Origin: Candidatus Asgardarchaeum abyssi
GTDB taxonomy: Archaea; Asgardarchaeota; Asgardarchaeia; Asgardarchaeales; Asgardarchaeaceae
DNA: 56,744 bases
Assembly: GCA_040225955.1 (NCBI GenBank)
Contig: JBECUL010000008.1
Span: 1-56,744, forward strand
Reading direction: 5' to 3'
The position numbers were made by a program, and so were the translations under genes. Under the pieces are notes generated by a model that was given only the letters and a program-made list of their open reading frames with translations, was not told where the DNA came from and searched no databases. Positions 1 through 9,060 of the stretch are shown one piece after another. Positions within the stretch are counted from its first letter, which is position 1. Each line of letters begins with the position of its first letter.

Positions 1-86
1 AGAACACCATTACAGTCGGACTGAGCATTTCAACCGCCGTGATTACAATTGCAATGTTGATAATGAACCTGTTTGGAGGTTGAAAA

Positions 87-191
87 ATGAGTTTGGAAGT
101 GTCTGGAGTAGAGTATAAATGTTTAAAATGTGGAAGAAAGTTTAGGTCTGTGGAGGAGTTTAAGAGTCATGAGTGTGCTGGAAGCAGTTGA
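87..191 (+). CDS. Micro-ORF, 34-aa zinc-finger protein (not in ORF track)
   Basis: Manual translation MSLEVSGVEYKCLKCGRKFRSVEEFKSHECAGSS*: YxCxxCGxxF...HxC pattern; GGAGGT upstream of ATG. Confidence 0.6.
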   Translation: MSLEVSGVEYKCLKCGRKFRSVEEFKSHECAGSS

Positions 192-582
192 AAAAATTAG
201 GAAGGAACGGAAGACTTCAAGAGTTGAGGCTTTGCTTGAAACTATACTTGACTATCTGGACGCGAATTTTCCCCGCTCGAACGATGAGCCAGCATATTCG
301 GCTGATACTTATACTGTTCCAGCCGGTTCGGCTTTGACTGTGTCCTGGAGGGTTAAAAGCGAATGGCTGGCTAAAATTAAGCATTTGTATGCGGATGCAG
401 CTCCAGATTGCAGTTACGAGTGGACTCTGTCGGGCTTGGCTGTCAAAGGAAATGAGATTAACTTCGTTAAGGCTGTTGAGGTTAAGGCTGGCGGTGTGAT
501 AACGGTTAAGATAACTAACAGCGGAGTGGTTGATCAAAATATAGACATAGTTATAGAGGGATGGGCTAGACGTGTGGTATGA
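169..582 (+). CDS. Hypothetical protein, virus/provirus-like
   Basis: ORF 130..582; likely start ATG 169 after GGAGG; beta-rich C-terminus; no family recognised. Confidence 0.55.
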   Translation: MSVLEAVEKIRKERKTSRVEALLETILDYLDANFPRSNDEPAYSADTYTVPAGSALTVSWRVKSEWLAKIKHLYADAAPDCSYEWTLSGLAVKGNEINFVKAVEVKAGGVITVKITNSGVVDQNIDIVIEGWARRVV

Positions 583-590
583 GGTGATGT

Positions 591-953
591 GTGATGGTTA
601 GGCGTGGTCAGCGTATTCTTGAGGGTGTTGAGGTTCAGATTAGTAAGATTGAGCAGTTATTAACTCCAAGTCCGACTGTTAGTGATAAGGATGCTGCTGA
701 CCTTGCTCAGAAAATACGTTATTTAATAGACCAAACTGAGGCAATTTTAGCTCAGACAGACATTAAGCTTTCAGCATTCAGGGATGTCTTGAAAGGGGCA
801 GGCAACAGAGACTTCACAACTCTCGAAACAGACGTCGAATCGATAGATTCAAAATTTAACGTTGATCTGGCGACGAGGGCGCGTGAAAGCACTCTTTCAG
901 ACTTGAACGCCAAGATTAAGAGCCAATCCGCAGATTTGTTCGTTAACCAATAA
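591..953 (+). CDS. Hypothetical protein, probably 3'-truncated at a fragment junction
   Basis: GAGGTGA RBS, helical protein; composition drops sharply near 950. Confidence 0.5.
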   Translation: MMVRRGQRILEGVEVQISKIEQLLTPSPTVSDKDAADLAQKIRYLIDQTEAILAQTDIKLSAFRDVLKGAGNRDFTTLETDVESIDSKFNVDLATRARESTLSDLNAKIKSQSADLFVNQ

Positions 954-983
954 TTTCAAATATATTGTTACATAATAAATCAG

Positions 984-1121
984 GAGGTCTCGTGATATTG
1001 AAACACGACTCAGCTCTTCAGTCTACTCCCAAGGAATTAGGATACACCTGGATAAATGAGATGAGTCGGGGTGAAATCGCACAAATTACATCCCGAGTCG
1101 TTCCCTTCGTGGCCGACTCGT
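984..1121. repeat. REP/BIME-like unit copy 1 (CGACTCA..TGAGTCG plus CGAGTCG..CGACTCG hairpins)
   Basis: Shares CAAATTACATCCCGAGTCGTTCCCTTCGTGGCCGACTCGT with 1381-1420. Confidence 0.8.
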
Positions 1122-1145
1122 GATTTTCATCACCAATAAAAAAAA

Positions 1146-1173
1146 TGTCATTCCCGTGAAAACGGGAATCCAG
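1146..1173. repeat. GTCATTCCCG-N-CGGGAATCCAG palindromic repeat (dRS3/RPE-like)
   Basis: ATTCCC-N8-GGGAAT hairpin; reverse strand reads LDSRFHGND, the typical spurious translation of this repeat. Confidence 0.7.
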
Positions 1174-1317
1174 TATTTTTGCATTCCCTGAACTCAATTG
1201 CATGCTAACTAATCAATTCCAAGAATGCATGATTCGATTATTATATTCCTTGACGCAATAATCATAGATTAATTCGTTTACAAATAAATCTAAATTTCTT
1301 GTGAAAAAATAATTGAT

Positions 1318-1420
1318 GAGGTCTCATAATTTTTTTGAGACACGACTCAGCTTGCAAAGATGAGTCGGGGCGAAACCGTGCAAATTACATCCCGAGTCGT
1401 TCCCTTCGTGGCCGACTCGT
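1318..1420. repeat. REP/BIME-like unit copy 2
   Basis: Direct repeat of 984-1121 with a shorter first loop. Confidence 0.8.
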
Positions 1421-1445
1421 CATGAAATTATAATTTGTAAATATT

Positions 1446-2030
1446 ATGAGAGTTAAGAAAGAAAATTTTGTAAATGGAAGTTGTTTCCATATATACAACC
1501 ATGCGGTTGAGCACCTAAATCTTTTCCGTGTAAATAACGACTATCTCAGAGTTCTCAGTAAATTTAAACAGAAAATACTAACTTATCCCGCAACGATATT
1601 TTCTTATTGTTTAATGCCGAATCACTATCACTTCTTCATTCGGCAAGATAGTGATGTACCCATATACAAAATCTTTAACGATATATTCTCGGGATATACT
1701 CTATATTACAATCATAAATATAGCAGAAAAGGAACATTGTTTCGAAGTCCTTTGCAACACAAAATAATAGCAACAGAAGAATATTTTATCAGATTAAGCC
1801 TGTATATCCATTTCAATCCAGTGAAATCAAATCTTGTTAAAAGACCGGAGGACTGGATATACTCAAATTATCTTGAATGGATTGGGGAGAGGAAAGGTAA
1901 TTTATTCAACAATGAAATTTTGAAAACATATTTTGAAAATTCTGTCAATTATCAAGAAGACATTAAAGAGCACGAAAAATATGTCAAAGAACAGCAGTTT
2001 GGGAAATTATTATTAGATTTTGAATCGTGA
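1446..2030 (+). mobile_element. REP-associated tyrosine transposase (RAYT/TnpA-REP, Y1 HUH family)
   Basis: FHIYNH, YCLMPNHYHF (HUH), YIHFNPVK (catalytic Tyr), DWIYSNY; flanked by hairpin repeats. Confidence 0.9.
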
Positions 2031-2037
2031 TACATTT

Positions 2038-2121
2038 CATCGAGTCGTAAGGAGCAAAGCGACAACGACTCGAGATGAAAGAAGCAAATCGTCTCGACTC
2101 GACGCAAGCTTTCGAGTCGAA
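2038..2121. repeat. REP/BIME-like unit copy 3, inverted
   Basis: CGAGTCG..CGACTCG (2041-2072) then CGACTCG..CGAGTCG (2095-2119), mirror order of the upstream units. Confidence 0.75.
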
Positions 2122-2196
2122 AAATCAATCCTTCCTCAAACAAATCTTGACATTTTACATACTGAATCTTTTTAAGAAAATAGAAAATACAAGGAG

Positions 2197-3303
2197 AAAG
2201 AATTTGGAAAAGATTTTTATCTTGAGCTTCAATTGATAGATCTGGAGACTCAAGATTTAGTAAATAAAGGGCTGGTTCAGTTAGGGAAGAAATTAAATAT
2301 TCCTTTTGTTTTAACAAATGATGTTCATTTTTTGAGAAGAGGAGAACATAAGCTTCAAAAAATATTGATGGAAATAGCTACGAAGGGAAAATTTTCTTAT
2401 GATGCTCCAGAAAATTATTTAAAATCTCTTAAAGAGTGGGAAGAAATAAGAAGGGATCGGAAGTCCATTCCTAAAGATATTTTTAATAAAGCTATAGATA
2501 ATTGTTTTAAAATAGCGGACGAATGCAATTATACAATATCAACTGGAAATCTGTATTTTCCTACTTTTAATCACAAGACTCATTCTCTTTATAAAAAGTT
2601 TAAGGGAAAGAAGGAAGAGTTTTTCAGAAGAATGATTCTTGGGAGAGCTAAGGATATTCTTGGAAAAAATTTTTCAAAGAAAGTTTACCAACAAAGAATT
2701 ATTGAAGAATATAAAATACTGATTAAACTCGGAGGACTAGATTACTTTTTAATAGTTGACGATTTATTGTATTATATTCGTAAACAAGGAGCTTTTTCTT
2801 TGATAAGAGGGAGTGCAAATGGAAGTCTAATAGCTTTTATTCTAGGGTTTGGATTGATTGATCCAATTAAGCATAATATAATGTTTGAGAGATTTATAAG
2901 TAAGTATAGAAGTCTTAATGATATTGATATTGATATTGATTTAATGAGTGAGTTCAGGTCAAAAGCTATTTCCTATTTGAAAGAAAAGTATGGAGAAGAA
3001 AGTATAATTTCTATAGGAACTTACGGAAGGCTCCAACTTAAAGCTTCTATTAAAGATGTAACTAGGGTCTTAAAAGATAGATTAGATAATAAAATAGAAA
3101 GGGCCAAAACAGAAGAAGAAGCTGATAAATTAACAAAGAAACAAGAAAAATATTCTTATCCAATTATTAATAAAATAACTTCGGTGATGAATGATGGTTT
3201 AACTATTGAAGAAGCTAAGAATAACTATGCTCTTTTTGAAGGTTGGTATAACGAAAATAAAAAATTAGTAGATAGATTAATAGCTCCTTTGATTGGTATA
3301 TAA
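2197..3303 (+). CDS. dnaE: DNA polymerase III alpha (DnaE) fragment, truncated at both ends, possibly phage
   Basis: FGKDFYLELQ, TNDVHF (PHP), DYFLIV, RGSANGSL, FERFI, DIDID catalytic motif; homology starts upstream of the called start 2233. Confidence 0.85.
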   Translation, partial: KEFGKDFYLELQLIDLETQDLVNKGLVQLGKKLNIPFVLTNDVHFLRRGEHKLQKILMEIATKGKFSYDAPENYLKSLKEWEEIRRDRKSIPKDIFNKAIDNCFKIADECNYTISTGNLYFPTFNHKTHSLYKKFKGKKEEFFRRMILGRAKDILGKNFSKKVYQQRIIEEYKILIKLGGLDYFLIVDDLLYYIRKQGAFSLIRGSANGSLIAFILGFGLIDPIKHNIMFERFISKYRSLNDIDIDIDLMSEFRSKAISYLKEKYGEESIISIGTYGRLQLKASIKDVTRVLKDRLDNKIERAKTEEEADKLTKKQEKYSYPIINKITSVMNDGLTIEEAKNNYALFEGWYNENKKLVDRLIAPLIGI

Positions 3304-3440
3304 AGCTGTGCATTTTGCATCGTTCCGCTGAAATAATACAGGTCAATATTCTGCATAATTAACACTGCATCGCAGTTATTTTTTCCCATCATCTTCTGAA
3401 GATTCTTTATTCGCCTTTGCAGTTCATCCTTTGGGGTCAT
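3302..3440 (-). CDS. Xaa-Pro aminopeptidase/creatinase N-terminal fragment (truncated)
   Basis: MTPKDELQRRIKNLQKMM...DAVLIMQNIDLYYFSGT, GGAGGA RBS; homology ends at ~3300 junction. Confidence 0.7.
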
Positions 3441-3510
3441 GTTTTCCTCCTCCCCAATGTCAAAGGGCCTCCACACCTGATATATAACTTTACTCAATTT
3501 TATATTAATA

Positions 3511-3779
3511 ATTCAACTTTCCCACTTGACATGTAAACAAGGATGAATCTTTGTAATGCAAGGAAACACCCTACGAGCACAATGATTTATGTTCGCGCTG
3601 CTCACGTTTTTATACGGGGGGAAAGGCGAATTAAGCTGTTTAAAATAAGTTTCACTGAATAAAATAAATAAAAGCGCAAAAAACACCTTTATACCTGGAT
3701 AAGACCGGCTGACGGCATTACAAAGATTCAGACTTGCCAGCCTCAAAGTTCCGGTTTCTGTCAACTGGGAAAGTTGAGT
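3511..3779. mobile_element. Non-autonomous / internally deleted IS (~270 bp)
   Basis: 21-bp TIRs ATTCAACTTTCCCACTTGACA / TGTCAACTGGGAAAGTTGAGT (2 mismatches), TAATA on both flanks. Confidence 0.7.
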
Positions 3780-3815
3780 TAATAAAAATAGCTTAGCACC
3801 AATTAAATTCCATTG

Positions 3816-4010
3816 TCAGTCTTTTGTTTTCACAACAACCTTTATACTCTTACAGCAATGATCGTTCTTAACGATAAAATGATCAGGCCTTTCTATCAAT
3901 AGATAATGACCATTGGATTCAACGACAATATCATCCTTGCTTATATTACCCTCTTTGGGTATAAACAAAGGTCTCCCCAGTGGAATAACGGCTTCTTTCA
4001 AAATAGCCAT
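3816..4010 (-). CDS. Small hypothetical protein
   Basis: Likely start MAILKEAV at 4010 after GGAGGG; part of ORF 3816..4130. Confidence 0.55.
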   Translation of the reverse strand: MAILKEAVIPLGRPLFIPKEGNISKDDIVVESNGHYLLIERPDHFIVKNDHCCKSIKVVVKTKD

Positions 4011-4092
4011 CCATACCCTCCTTTTCAAATCCTTATTACAAACATTAAACAACTGTCCATTCGCTGCAGATGTATAAATAATATTTCTCTCT

Positions 4093-5112
4093 TTATTCAG
4101 ACCAGTATTTTCCAAAATCAGATGGATCAAAGATACCGCGATCAGTAATGATTCCTTTTACCAGCCCAGCTGGGGTGAGATCAAAAGCAGGATAAAACCC
4201 CTGCACTTTTTCCCCTGTAGTTCTTTCTCCCTTAAAAACCAGCACTTCCTCCGGGTCTCTTATTTCGATGGGAATATCTTCTGCCTTTAAACATCGCCTA
4301 TCAGGTCCTCCATATCCCAGCACATAGAATGGAAGTTTATGATACTGAGCAGCCAGTGCCAGTTGAAAAGTACCTACTTTGTTGGCAACTGTCCCATCCA
4401 TGGCTATACGATCAGCTGCGGTAAATACTTTGCTGATCATTCCCTTATTCATACAGTATGCAGCCATATTATCAGTAATTACGGTTACAGGTATGTTATC
4501 ATAATGAAGCTCAAATGCGGTTAATCTAGCTCCCTGAAGTTTAGGTCTTGTTTCATCGGCATAAACATGAATTCTCTTGCCTTGCTCAATTGCTGCCCTT
4601 ATAACACCCAGTGCTGTTCCATAACCAGCAGTAGCAAGCGCTCCGGCATTACAGTGAGTTAATATACCATCACCGTCTTCAATTAAAGTTGCTCCATAGG
4701 CACCTATTTTTTTATTAGTTTCTATATCTTCTTCCATAATTTTAAGTGCTTCCTTAATAGCGATTTCTTTGATTTCGGCAATATTTTTCCCTTTACGTAA
4801 TTCATTTAGCATTCTATCTATAGCCCAAAATAGATTTACAGCCGTTGGTCTGGTTTCTTTTAAAGTCTTTGCAGCTTCCATAGCATCCAGAAGTATACCA
4901 TCAACTGTAGTTGCTTTACTTTTCAAAACAGCTAAAACTATTCCAAAAGCAGCAGCCACGCCAATTGCAGGAGCCCCACGAACTTTCATCGTTTTTATAG
5001 CTTCTGCTACACAGTAGTAGTCAGTACATACAATTTCCACCATTTCATTTGGTAACTTATTTTGGTCTATTAGAATAAGACTATTATTTTCCCATTTTAT
5101 AGGTTGTAACAT
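4093..5112 (-). CDS. mtnA: S-methyl-5-thioribose-1-phosphate isomerase
   Basis: MKVRGAPAIG, RPTAVNL, THCNAG, ETRP.LQGARLT, NKVGT. Confidence 0.9.
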   Translation of the reverse strand: MLQPIKWENNSLILIDQNKLPNEMVEIVCTDYYCVAEAIKTMKVRGAPAIGVAAAFGIVLAVLKSKATTVDGILLDAMEAAKTLKETRPTAVNLFWAIDRMLNELRKGKNIAEIKEIAIKEALKIMEEDIETNKKIGAYGATLIEDGDGILTHCNAGALATAGYGTALGVIRAAIEQGKRIHVYADETRPKLQGARLTAFELHYDNIPVTVITDNMAAYCMNKGMISKVFTAADRIAMDGTVANKVGTFQLALAAQYHKLPFYVLGYGGPDRRCLKAEDIPIEIRDPEEVLVFKGERTTGEKVQGFYPAFDLTPAGLVKGIITDRGIFDPSDFGKYWSE

Positions 5113-5203
5113 TCATTTATTCCTCCATCTCTTAAGAACGCACAATAATGAGAACTCTTATTGCTAATAAAAATATTTTTATAATTTTTAAAAAGCGAAC
5201 ATC

Positions 5204-5785
5204 TTGGTGATCACATTGGTTAATAGAAAAAATAATAACAGTAACGAGGAAAAAGAAATAGTAGTAGTAATAGATAATGATTCTAATATGTATATCGAAG
5301 GAAATAACTGGAGATTCTTATTTGATAATGGTTTTTTCGGAACATTGGACTTGGAAAATAAACGTTTGAAACTCGCAGACTTTGAAGTGCTCTATCTATT
5401 TGATAAAAAAAAGATAAAAGTTTATTATGAAAAAGAAGATAGATATATAGACTCATTAAAAGAGTTATTGGGAATATTATCTAAATTGAATTCAGATATC
5501 TGGGAAATTTATTTAGTGTATAGTGACCTAAGAAGTCGAGGTTATGTAATAAAAGAGGGGATTAGTGAGGATATAATATTTAGTGTTTATGGAAAGGGGG
5601 ATAACCCAATAGAGGTACCACCGAAATTTTATGTATTCAAATTATCTGAAGGAAAGCCAATTTCACTAAAAAATCTCAGGAAAATAACACAGCAAGCCTT
5701 GGTAAGTAGAAAAAAACTAATAATTGCAGTAATAGATAGACAAGGGGATGTAACGTATTATAATGTTACACCTATGGTATTTTGA
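5204..5785 (+). CDS. endA: tRNA-splicing endonuclease subunit, probably structural (non-catalytic)
   Basis: VYSDLRSRGY, SRKKLIIAVID..GDVTYY; catalytic His position reads PP. Confidence 0.8.
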   Translation: MVITLVNRKNNNSNEEKEIVVVIDNDSNMYIEGNNWRFLFDNGFFGTLDLENKRLKLADFEVLYLFDKKKIKVYYEKEDRYIDSLKELLGILSKLNSDIWEIYLVYSDLRSRGYVIKEGISEDIIFSVYGKGDNPIEVPPKFYVFKLSEGKPISLKNLRKITQQALVSRKKLIIAVIDRQGDVTYYNVTPMVF

Positions 5786-5816
5786 ATATTTTATTAAGTG
5801 ACTATTGGTGATTTAA

Positions 5817-7166
5817 ATGAAGAAGAAAATAATATTACAACCAGTAAGAGGAATGAGAGACTTTTTACCCAATGACATGATTAAAAGAAACTTTATTTTC
5901 GATATCATTAAAGAAACTTATGAAAATTATGGTTTTCTTCCCTTCGAAACCCCTGCTATAGAATACTTAGACGTTTTAACAGCAAAATCCGGTCCTGAAA
6001 TCGTAAGGCAAATATACTCTTTTGAGGACAAGGGTGGAAGAAAGGTTGGTTTGCGATTTGAGTTAACAATTTCTCTAGCAAGGGTTGTTGCAAGCAATCC
6101 AACATTGCCAAAACCATTTAAAAGATATTGCATTTCAAGAGTTTGGAGATATGAAGAACCACAAGCTGGAAGATATAGAGAGTTTTGGCAAGCCGATGCT
6201 GATATAATCGGAGTAGATAGTAGAATAGCGGATGTTGAGGTAATTGCTGCTGCACGTACAGCACTAATTAGGTTAGGATTCAAAAATTTTGAGATAAGAG
6301 TAAATAGTAGAAAGCTTCTTGATGCATTAGCGGTGATATCAGGCATTGAAGAAGAAGAGGCAAAGCTTAATTTTTTTAGAGCTATAGATAAAATAGAAAA
6401 AATTGGTGAAAATGGAGTAAGAGAAGAATTATATAGGATGGGTATTTCCTCTGGAAATATTAACAAGATACTAGACTTTATAAAGATAAGAGGCCCACTC
6501 CCTTCAATGCTTCCAAAGATAGAAGATGTTTTAGATTACGATATAAAATCTGCTAATGAAGGAATTGCCGATCTTAAACAAATGAACGAATTTGGTAAGA
6601 GTTATGGTATAGCTAATGAGATGATTTTTGATATGAGTCTAGCAAGAGGTTTAGATTATTACACTGGACCTGTTTTTGAAATCATAAGCAAAGATATGAG
6701 AATTGGTTCAATTGCTGGTGGCGGCCGATACGATACACTTATTCAAATTTTAGGAGGGGCCCCGACACCAGCTGTTGGGATAGCACTAGGTGTGGAAAGA
6801 ATATTTGAGATCATGAAGAAGACAAATATGTTTCCTAAGGAGATAACAAATATTGTTCAAGTATATATAGCTACAAGTGATAAATCCTTAATAATGAAAG
6901 CTATAGAAATTGCAGAAATTCTGAGAAATTCAAGAATAAATGTTGATATAGATTTAAAGGGTAGGCAATTAAAAAGAAATTTAGAATATGCAAATAAATA
7001 TGGGATTCCTATAGTAATTATAGTTGGCAAAAAAGAGATAGAGCAAAATTCTGTAATTGTACGAGACATGAAAAAGAGAGAACAAGAGGAAGTCAAAATA
7101 TCAAACTTAGCCACATATATCACTACAAAAATAAAACAAAGGGGTTTTGAAAATGAGAGAGAATAA
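5817..7166 (+). CDS. hisS: Histidine--tRNA ligase
   Basis: RGMRDF, LRFELT, GRYREFWQ, RGLDYYTG, GGGRYD. Confidence 0.97.
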   Translation: MKKKIILQPVRGMRDFLPNDMIKRNFIFDIIKETYENYGFLPFETPAIEYLDVLTAKSGPEIVRQIYSFEDKGGRKVGLRFELTISLARVVASNPTLPKPFKRYCISRVWRYEEPQAGRYREFWQADADIIGVDSRIADVEVIAAARTALIRLGFKNFEIRVNSRKLLDALAVISGIEEEEAKLNFFRAIDKIEKIGENGVREELYRMGISSGNINKILDFIKIRGPLPSMLPKIEDVLDYDIKSANEGIADLKQMNEFGKSYGIANEMIFDMSLARGLDYYTGPVFEIISKDMRIGSIAGGGRYDTLIQILGGAPTPAVGIALGVERIFEIMKKTNMFPKEITNIVQVYIATSDKSLIMKAIEIAEILRNSRINVDIDLKGRQLKRNLEYANKYGIPIVIIVGKKEIEQNSVIVRDMKKREQEEVKISNLATYITTKIKQRGFENERE

Positions 7167-9024
7167 CAGCAACGCAAGCACGATTAAAATAGTATTGGAC
7201 ACAAGTGTAATTATTAATGGGTTATGGGAAAAAATATTTTCTGATGAATCATTAAAGGATAAAAAAATCGAAATTGTTGTACCGAAGGTTGTTGTTGCTG
7301 AGATAGAATATCAAGCTAACATAAAGAAAGACGTGGGATATGCTGGATTAAAAGAACTAGAAAAAATGAAAGAATACAAAGAAAAAGGAATAATAAAAGA
7401 GTTAAAGTTTGTCGGAAGAAGACCTACCTTAGAGGAGATTAAATTAAGTAAAGGCGGCGAACTTGACAATTTAATAAGGGAAGCGGCATTAGAACAAAAC
7501 GCAATATTAGTTACTGCCGATGTAATACAAGCAACAATCGCACGTATTATGGATATACCAGTTAAACTTTTACAGGAATATAAAAAAGAGGCAAGAATTA
7601 TTTTAGAAGATTTTTTTGATGAAAAAACAATGTCTGTTCATCTTAAGGAAGATGTAATACCGCTCGCTAAAAAAGGAAAGCCTGGACATTGGAAACTAGT
7701 AAAATTAGGTGATAGCCCGCTTACTCGTGAGGATGTGAACTCGTTAGCACTTTCGATAATTGAAAAAGCAAAAAGCGATGAAAGAGCTCTAATAGAAATA
7801 GATGAACCTGGGGCTGTTGTAATACAAATGGGGAGATATAGAATCGCTATTTGCAGACCACCTTTTTCTGAAAGAGTAGAAATAACGGCAGTAAGACCAA
7901 TAACAAAAATTAGATTGGAAGATTACAACCTATCAGAAAGATTGGTTGAGAGACTTAAATCCAGAGCAGAAGGAATACTAATCGCAGGACCCCCAGGAGC
8001 TGGAAAAACAACGTTCGCTCAAGCACTAGCAGATTTCTATCAAGAACAAGGAAACATTGTAAAAACCATTGAGAAACCAAGAGATTTGCAAGTTAAGCCT
8101 GAGGTTACCCAATATACAGCATTAGCTGGTGATTTGAGAAAGACTGCAAGCGTTCTACTTCTTGTTAGACCCGATTATACAATATTTGACGAAATGCGTT
8201 TACCAGTAGATTTTGATGTTTTCACCGACTTGAGATTTGGTGGCGTTGGAATGGTAGGAGTAGTTCATGCATCTAGTGCGATTGATGCTATACACAGATT
8301 TATAGGAAAAGTAGAACTCGGTCAGCTAAGTCATGTTATAGATACTGTCATTTTCATCAAGGCGGGTACGGTGGATAAAGTATATTCGTTAGAATTGAAA
8401 GTGAAGGTACCTACGGGAATGACTGATGAGGATTTAGCTAGACCTGTAGTGGAAGTTAGAGATTTTGAAACAGGAGAGCTAGAATATGAGATATATACAT
8501 TTGGAGAAGAGGTTGTTGTAGCGCCGGTGAAAGAAGTTAAGAGAAAATGTCCAGCAATAGCTCTAGCCGAGAAATATATAAGAGAATATTTAGAAAAAGC
8601 ATATCCTAATTTTAATATAAGAGTTAAAATGGTAAGTGACACTCACGCTATTTTAGAGGTCTCAGAAGAAATAATCCCTAAACTTATCGGAAAAAAGGGA
8701 AAAACCATAGAAAAACTAGAAAAAAAGTTTGGAATTAGCTTAACTGTAAGACCTTTGAGAGAAAAAGAGAAAATAGATTTTATAGAGGGAGAAGAGGGAG
8801 AAAAAATTCCATTACATTATAAAACTACAAGAACTCATATAATCTTAACAGCACCTATAGCATATGAAAATACAAAGGTTATAATACTAGCAGATGATCA
8901 ACCTCTTTTCTCAGCAATTATTGGGAAGAAAGGGTTAATTAAAATTAGAAGAAGAACAAAAGAGGGGAAAAATTTAGCTAAATCTATCGCTGAGGGAAAG
9001 AAACTATATATGGCAGTCATGTAA
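7147..9024 (+). CDS. PIN domain-ATPase-KH protein (PINA family)
   Basis: VLDTS PIN start, GPPGAGKTT, RPDYTIFDEMR, KH GKKG. Confidence 0.92.
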   Translation: MKMRENNSNASTIKIVLDTSVIINGLWEKIFSDESLKDKKIEIVVPKVVVAEIEYQANIKKDVGYAGLKELEKMKEYKEKGIIKELKFVGRRPTLEEIKLSKGGELDNLIREAALEQNAILVTADVIQATIARIMDIPVKLLQEYKKEARIILEDFFDEKTMSVHLKEDVIPLAKKGKPGHWKLVKLGDSPLTREDVNSLALSIIEKAKSDERALIEIDEPGAVVIQMGRYRIAICRPPFSERVEITAVRPITKIRLEDYNLSERLVERLKSRAEGILIAGPPGAGKTTFAQALADFYQEQGNIVKTIEKPRDLQVKPEVTQYTALAGDLRKTASVLLLVRPDYTIFDEMRLPVDFDVFTDLRFGGVGMVGVVHASSAIDAIHRFIGKVELGQLSHVIDTVIFIKAGTVDKVYSLELKVKVPTGMTDEDLARPVVEVRDFETGELEYEIYTFGEEVVVAPVKEVKRKCPAIALAEKYIREYLEKAYPNFNIRVKMVSDTHAILEVSEEIIPKLIGKKGKTIEKLEKKFGISLTVRPLREKEKIDFIEGEEGEKIPLHYKTTRTHIILTAPIAYENTKVIILADDQPLFSAIIGKKGLIKIRRRTKEGKNLAKSIAEGKKLYMAVM

Positions 9025-9060
9025 TATTAATTAATCATTTAATGAGAGAGGATTTATATT

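Noticed and set aside
1018-1203. 61-aa minus-strand ORF
   Set aside because: Translation of palindromic repeats (LDSRFHGND); not a credible gene
3225-3497. 90-aa ORF as a complete gene
   Set aside because: Runs across the ~3300 junction into antisense DnaE; only ~3302-3440 is peptidase-like
3513-3764. 83-aa ORF
   Set aside because: Lies wholly within the IS remnant; no transposase motifs
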